60,563 nt of DNA from an uncultured Candidatus Saccharibacteria bacterium (GTDB taxonomy: Bacteria > Patescibacteriota > Saccharimonadia > Saccharimonadales > UBA10212), in the NCBI GenBank assembly GCA_964624785.1, contig CAZUXR010000003.1:1-60563 (forward strand), written 5' to 3'. The position numbers and the translations under genes are program-made. Below are positions 56,921 to 60,563 of the stretch, one piece after another. The notes under the pieces are model-generated. The model did no database searches. It saw nothing but the letters and a program-made list of their open reading frames with translations, and was not told the origin of the DNA. The first letter of the stretch is position 1. Each line of letters begins with the position of its first letter.

Positions 56921-58186
56921 ATGCAAGACGATGTTGTAGCGGAACTTATTGAATCTGAACATAATCGGCAAACGGAAGGCCTAGAGATGATTCCGAGCGA
57001 GAATCACGCATCAGCGGATGTGCTTAAAGTGCTTGGTAGCGTTATGACCGATAAGTATTCCGAAGGTTATCCTGGTATGCGCTATTATGGTGGTTGCGAA
57101 TTTGTTGATAAAGTCGAAAATATTGCTCGCGATCGAGCTAAGGAGCTTTTTGGGGTTGACCATGCTAATGTGCAGGCCTATTCTGGTTCTCCTGCTAACA
57201 TGGCGGCTTATTATGCTTTGCTTGATCCAGGCGATACTCTAATGGGATTAGAACTATTCTTTGGCGGACATATGACTCATGGTTTAGGCGTAAACTTCTC
57301 AAGCCGATTTTACAGATCAGTTCAATATAAAACGGGTAAGGATGGATATTTAGATTATGATGCAATGCAGGAGCTTGCCAGCAAAGAAAAGCCAAAACTA
57401 TTGATTGTAGGAGCTACAGCTTACCCGCGGATTTTTGATTGGCAAAAACTTCGCGATATTGCCGATAGCGTCAATGCCTGGCTGCTCGCAGATATATCTC
57501 ATATTGCCGGTTTGGTAGTTGGTGGCGTTCATCCTTCGCCGATTGGCATTGCCGATGTGGTTACCACTACAACTCACAAAACACTTAGAGGACCTCGTGG
57601 CGCATTGATAATGTGCAATGGCAATCCTTCTACTCCCCTCAAAAAAGTTGAACGAACTCGCGAGAACTTACCTACTTTAATCGACAGAGCTATTATTCCT
57701 GGCTTGCAGGGTGGTCCGCATAATCATCAAACAGCAGCTATAGCGGTTGCCCTACAAGAAGCCGCACAACCGGAATTTAAGGAATATGCCGAGCAAGTAG
57801 TAAAAAATGCTAAAAAATTGGCGAGCGAATTGACCGAACGCGACTTTGAACTGGTAACGGGGGGAACCGATAACCATCTGCTTTTGATCGATTTAACCAA
57901 TAAAAACGTGCCAGGCAAAGAAGCAGAAGCGGCCTTAGGTAAGGCAGGTATTACAGTCAATAAAAATACTGTGCCATTTGATCCTCGTAGTCCTTTTGAC
58001 CCGAGTGGGATTCGACTTGGCACACCAGCCATTACCACTCGCGGATTAAAAGAAGCCGATATGGAACTGGTTGCCGAATGGATGCACCAGGCTATTGCCA
58101 AACGTAATGACGAAGCTGCTTTAGATAAAATTCGCGCTCAAGTCAAAGAATTCGCTCTAAAATTCCCGCTCCCTAGCGATAACTAA
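56921..58186 (+). CDS. glyA: Serine hydroxymethyltransferase
   Basis: PSEN, YSEGYPG.RYYGG, TTTTHKTLRGPRG, GGTDNH, SGIRLGT. Confidence 0.98.
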   Translation: MQDDVVAELIESEHNRQTEGLEMIPSENHASADVLKVLGSVMTDKYSEGYPGMRYYGGCEFVDKVENIARDRAKELFGVDHANVQAYSGSPANMAAYYALLDPGDTLMGLELFFGGHMTHGLGVNFSSRFYRSVQYKTGKDGYLDYDAMQELASKEKPKLLIVGATAYPRIFDWQKLRDIADSVNAWLLADISHIAGLVVGGVHPSPIGIADVVTTTTHKTLRGPRGALIMCNGNPSTPLKKVERTRENLPTLIDRAIIPGLQGGPHNHQTAAIAVALQEAAQPEFKEYAEQVVKNAKKLASELTERDFELVTGGTDNHLLLIDLTNKNVPGKEAEAALGKAGITVNKNTVPFDPRSPFDPSGIRLGTPAITTRGLKEADMELVAEWMHQAIAKRNDEAALDKIRAQVKEFALKFPLPSDN

Positions 58187-59220
58187 GGCAAAAGTTCGGG
58201 CTCTTGAACCAAGGTAATTCCAAACATGTCTTGGACTTTATCCACGATTTTTTGTTTGAATGCCAGCAGGTCGGCAGTATTGCGAGCATGTTCGTTTACC
58301 AAAACCAGCGCTTGTGCTGGCCAGGTTGTCATGCCAGTTGCTTGGTCGTGCATGCCCTTAAACCCGGCTTGTTCTACCAGCCAGCCAGCGGCAACTTTTA
58401 CCTTGCCGTCTTTGGTTGGCCAGCCTTTGATATCCGGGTAGCGTGCTTTTAGGCCTTCGAATTGAGATGGTTCTATGATCGGCAGTGTAAAAAAGGACCC
58501 GTTATTGGCAACAACGGAAGGGTCGGGAAGTTTGCTGCGGCGAATAGCAATTACTGCTTTGCGAATATTGGCTGGAGTGAATTCTGTAATGTTATGGTCT
58601 GTTAAATATTTTTGCAGAGCTTCATAAAAAGGTGGAGTGGGAGTTGTTTTGGTGAGCCTTAGTACTATTGCCAAAATCATAAACCTGCCGCGATCGTTGG
58701 TCTTAAAACGGCTGGTACGGTAGCCGAATCCGCAGGAGCTGTTAGTTATTCCGCCATACGATTCGGTTTGAGTATCGTATGCCTCTACCTCTATCAGAGT
58801 ATCGGCTAGCTCCGCGCCGTATGCACCAATGTTCTGCACCGGACCAGCGCCCGCCGTGCCCGGGATAAGCGAAAGGAATTCAATACCGCTTAAACCTTGC
58901 TCTACACTCCAAGCTACAACTTCGTCCCATACCTCACCGCCACCAATGCGTACGACCACGCTTTTGTCATCTTGGCTTAATATTTCTCGGCCGCGGATTC
59001 CGTTAACAATTACTAGTCCCTGGTAGCCTTCGTCGCGCCAGACAATATTGCTGCCTTGGCCGATCATCATTACGGGAGCGTTTTTTTTGGCTGCCCAAGC
59101 ATTTAATTCATACACCTGCTCATCTGTTACAGCGGTGGCCAGCCAGCGTGCTTGGCCCCCCAAGCGCATAGTGCTGTGCTCTGCCAAATTTACGTTTTCT
59201 AATATATTCACAAGCATCAT
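58183..59220 (-). CDS. murB: UDP-N-acetylmuramate dehydrogenase
   Basis: GQGSN, IPGTAGAGPVQNIGAYG, FGYRTSRFK, GSFF, AGWLVE, ALVLVN, EP. Confidence 0.95.
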   Translation of the reverse strand: MMLVNILENVNLAEHSTMRLGGQARWLATAVTDEQVYELNAWAAKKNAPVMMIGQGSNIVWRDEGYQGLVIVNGIRGREILSQDDKSVVVRIGGGEVWDEVVAWSVEQGLSGIEFLSLIPGTAGAGPVQNIGAYGAELADTLIEVEAYDTQTESYGGITNSSCGFGYRTSRFKTNDRGRFMILAIVLRLTKTTPTPPFYEALQKYLTDHNITEFTPANIRKAVIAIRRSKLPDPSVVANNGSFFTLPIIEPSQFEGLKARYPDIKGWPTKDGKVKVAAGWLVEQAGFKGMHDQATGMTTWPAQALVLVNEHARNTADLLAFKQKIVDKVQDMFGITLVQEPELLP

Positions 59221-59287
59221 TATACTGGACTTCTATTTGCAAAAGTCGGGTCTATTTATGTATCTGCTAAAATATATGTGTATGGGA

Positions 59288-59854
59288 ATGGACAAACCTC
59301 AGCAAACAAGACCTTTCAGGCCGCTTGGCCGCAGACTAAAGGCGCTGCGGGTCGGTGCTAAAGAAACTTTGGCGGAAGTATCTGGCTCGGTAGAAATCGA
59401 TGTGCGCGAAATGGCAGCGTACGAACTTGGGCAATCGCGCCCAAGCGAAGAAATTCTGCTGCTGCTAATTAGTCATTTTAATGCTCAGGACGAAGAAGCC
59501 GTTCGGCTTTGGAGTCTGGCAGGCTACGGCGTTAACAATGTTTCTATTTTGCAGGTTCCAGATAATGCTCACCAGGTTCATTTGGCCATACCGCAAGCCG
59601 AAAATCCAATTCTGTTTACCGATATCGTGGATGTAACGGTCAACAACTACGGTGTCGTGATGAACTTTATGCAAAACAGCGGTCCCGGTAAGCAGCCAGC
59701 GTCTGTGTCCAGAATTGGCATGAGCCGCGAACACGCTAAAAGCGTAATGCAGATTTTGCAAACTACCCTGAACCAAACACAACAGCATATAACAGATGTA
59801 GCCAAAAAACTTCCTTCGCCTGACGAAGCCAATAAAACCGACAATACTGTATAA
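59288..59854 (+). CDS. XRE-HTH protein with DUF3467-like C-terminal domain
   Basis: LGRRLKALR...TLAEVSGSVEI...YELG..RP; LFTD.V.V..N.YGVVMNF.Q...SRIGMSREHAK; start uncertain (59270-59288). Confidence 0.75.
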   Translation: MDKPQQTRPFRPLGRRLKALRVGAKETLAEVSGSVEIDVREMAAYELGQSRPSEEILLLLISHFNAQDEEAVRLWSLAGYGVNNVSILQVPDNAHQVHLAIPQAENPILFTDIVDVTVNNYGVVMNFMQNSGPGKQPASVSRIGMSREHAKSVMQILQTTLNQTQQHITDVAKKLPSPDEANKTDNTV

Positions 59855-59862
59855 TAAATTTT

Positions 59863-60138
59863 ATGATGACACATACACTAGTACTCGCTCACCTTCAGCG
59901 TTCATCCGAAGATAATTCAATTAACGATGGTCGCGCTTGGTCGGTTGCAGCCCTGATTTTGATGGCTGTTATTTTTATTGGGCTGGTAGCTTTTTGGGTT
60001 CTTATGTTTCTTAATGTTTTACAGAACAAAAAACTTGGTGATACACCACAACTACTTTGGGGAATTGCGTTGTTATTTATCCCTCCATTAGCGCTTTTGT
60101 ACTATTTTGTAGCTTACAGTCGTTCTAAAACAAAATAA
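59863..60138 (+). CDS. Small membrane protein (PLDc N-terminal-like)
   Basis: FWVLMF...LLW...LLYYF pattern. Confidence 0.65.
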   Translation: MMTHTLVLAHLQRSSEDNSINDGRAWSVAALILMAVIFIGLVAFWVLMFLNVLQNKKLGDTPQLLWGIALLFIPPLALLYYFVAYSRSKTK

Positions 60139-60215
60139 CCAAACGCTAATCACGCTGGCAACTTAGCCAGTAAAGTGTTAAAATTGCCCCTGTTGTAGCT
60201 ATTTACAGCTAAAGC

Positions 60216-60292
60216 GCCCGCGTAGCTCAGCGGATTAGAGCATCTGTCTTCGGAACATAGGGTCGGCGGTTCGAATCCGTCCGCGGGTACCA
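60216..60292 (+). tRNA. tRNA-Arg(UCG)
   Basis: GCCCGCG...; loop CT-TCG-GA; GTTCGAATCC; CCA. Confidence 0.93.
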
Positions 60293-60439
60293 GGTGAGTG
60301 AATTCGCCTGGAAGGTAAGTTCATTCACCTGGTAGTTTGCGAATGCGAACTCGAACCGTCGAAAAAGGCGGTCGGACACCAAGATTTTGTCAGCAGGAGC
60401 TTGCTCCGATGCCAAAATCTGCGTGATGCATTAGCAACC

Positions 60440-60457
60440 ATCCGTCCGCGGACACCA
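60440..60457 (+). repeat. Degenerate duplicate of the tRNA-Arg(UCG) 3' end
   Basis: ATCCGTCCGCGGACACCA vs ATCCGTCCGCGGGTACCA at 60275-60292 (16 of 18). Confidence 0.75.
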
Positions 60458-60509
60458 AAATTTACAGATACCTTATAATAGCTACCCGTTACAAGTACTC
60501 AGGGGTAAT

Positions 60510-60563
60510 GGGCCTGTAGCTCAGTTGGTTAGAGCAGCGGCCTCTTAAGCCGCGTGTCGAGGG
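60510..60563 (+). tRNA. tRNA-Lys(CUU), truncated by the window edge
   Basis: GGGCCTGTAGCTCAG...; GCGGC-CT-CTT-AA-GCCGC. Confidence 0.9.

Overview
Chromosomal segment of a small-genome bacterium, most likely Patescibacteria/CPR (Saccharibacteria-like). This is inferred from the type IV pilus cluster, the short TsaB, the HTH-MurA fusion, the membrane-anchored Clp-like ATPase and many apparently leaderless genes. Housekeeping content: tilS, ftsH, ruvB, recA, recX, tsaE, tsaB, rny, murA, glyA, murB, a pilB/pilC/pilin/pilMNO cluster and seven tRNA genes (one cut by the window edge). No CRISPR array, intact transposase, integrase or reverse transcriptase was seen. The main candidate for a new system is an unannotated 38-nt RNA at 20315..20352 (-). 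It folds as a tRNA-Ala acceptor minihelix (G3:U70, A73, encoded CCA), has its own promoter and terminator, and lies directly upstream of a Mur ligase / hydrolase / aminotransferase / FemABX operon whose last enzyme uses aminoacyl-tRNA. The second candidate is a 53-aa LPNTG micro-protein inside a deacetylase-GT2-sortase locus. Also notable: two near-identical pilin genes with separate promoters, a hyaluronan-synthase-like islet, several unannotated small ORFs, structured leaders and tRNA-linked repeat scars. All calls were made by eye, without database searches.
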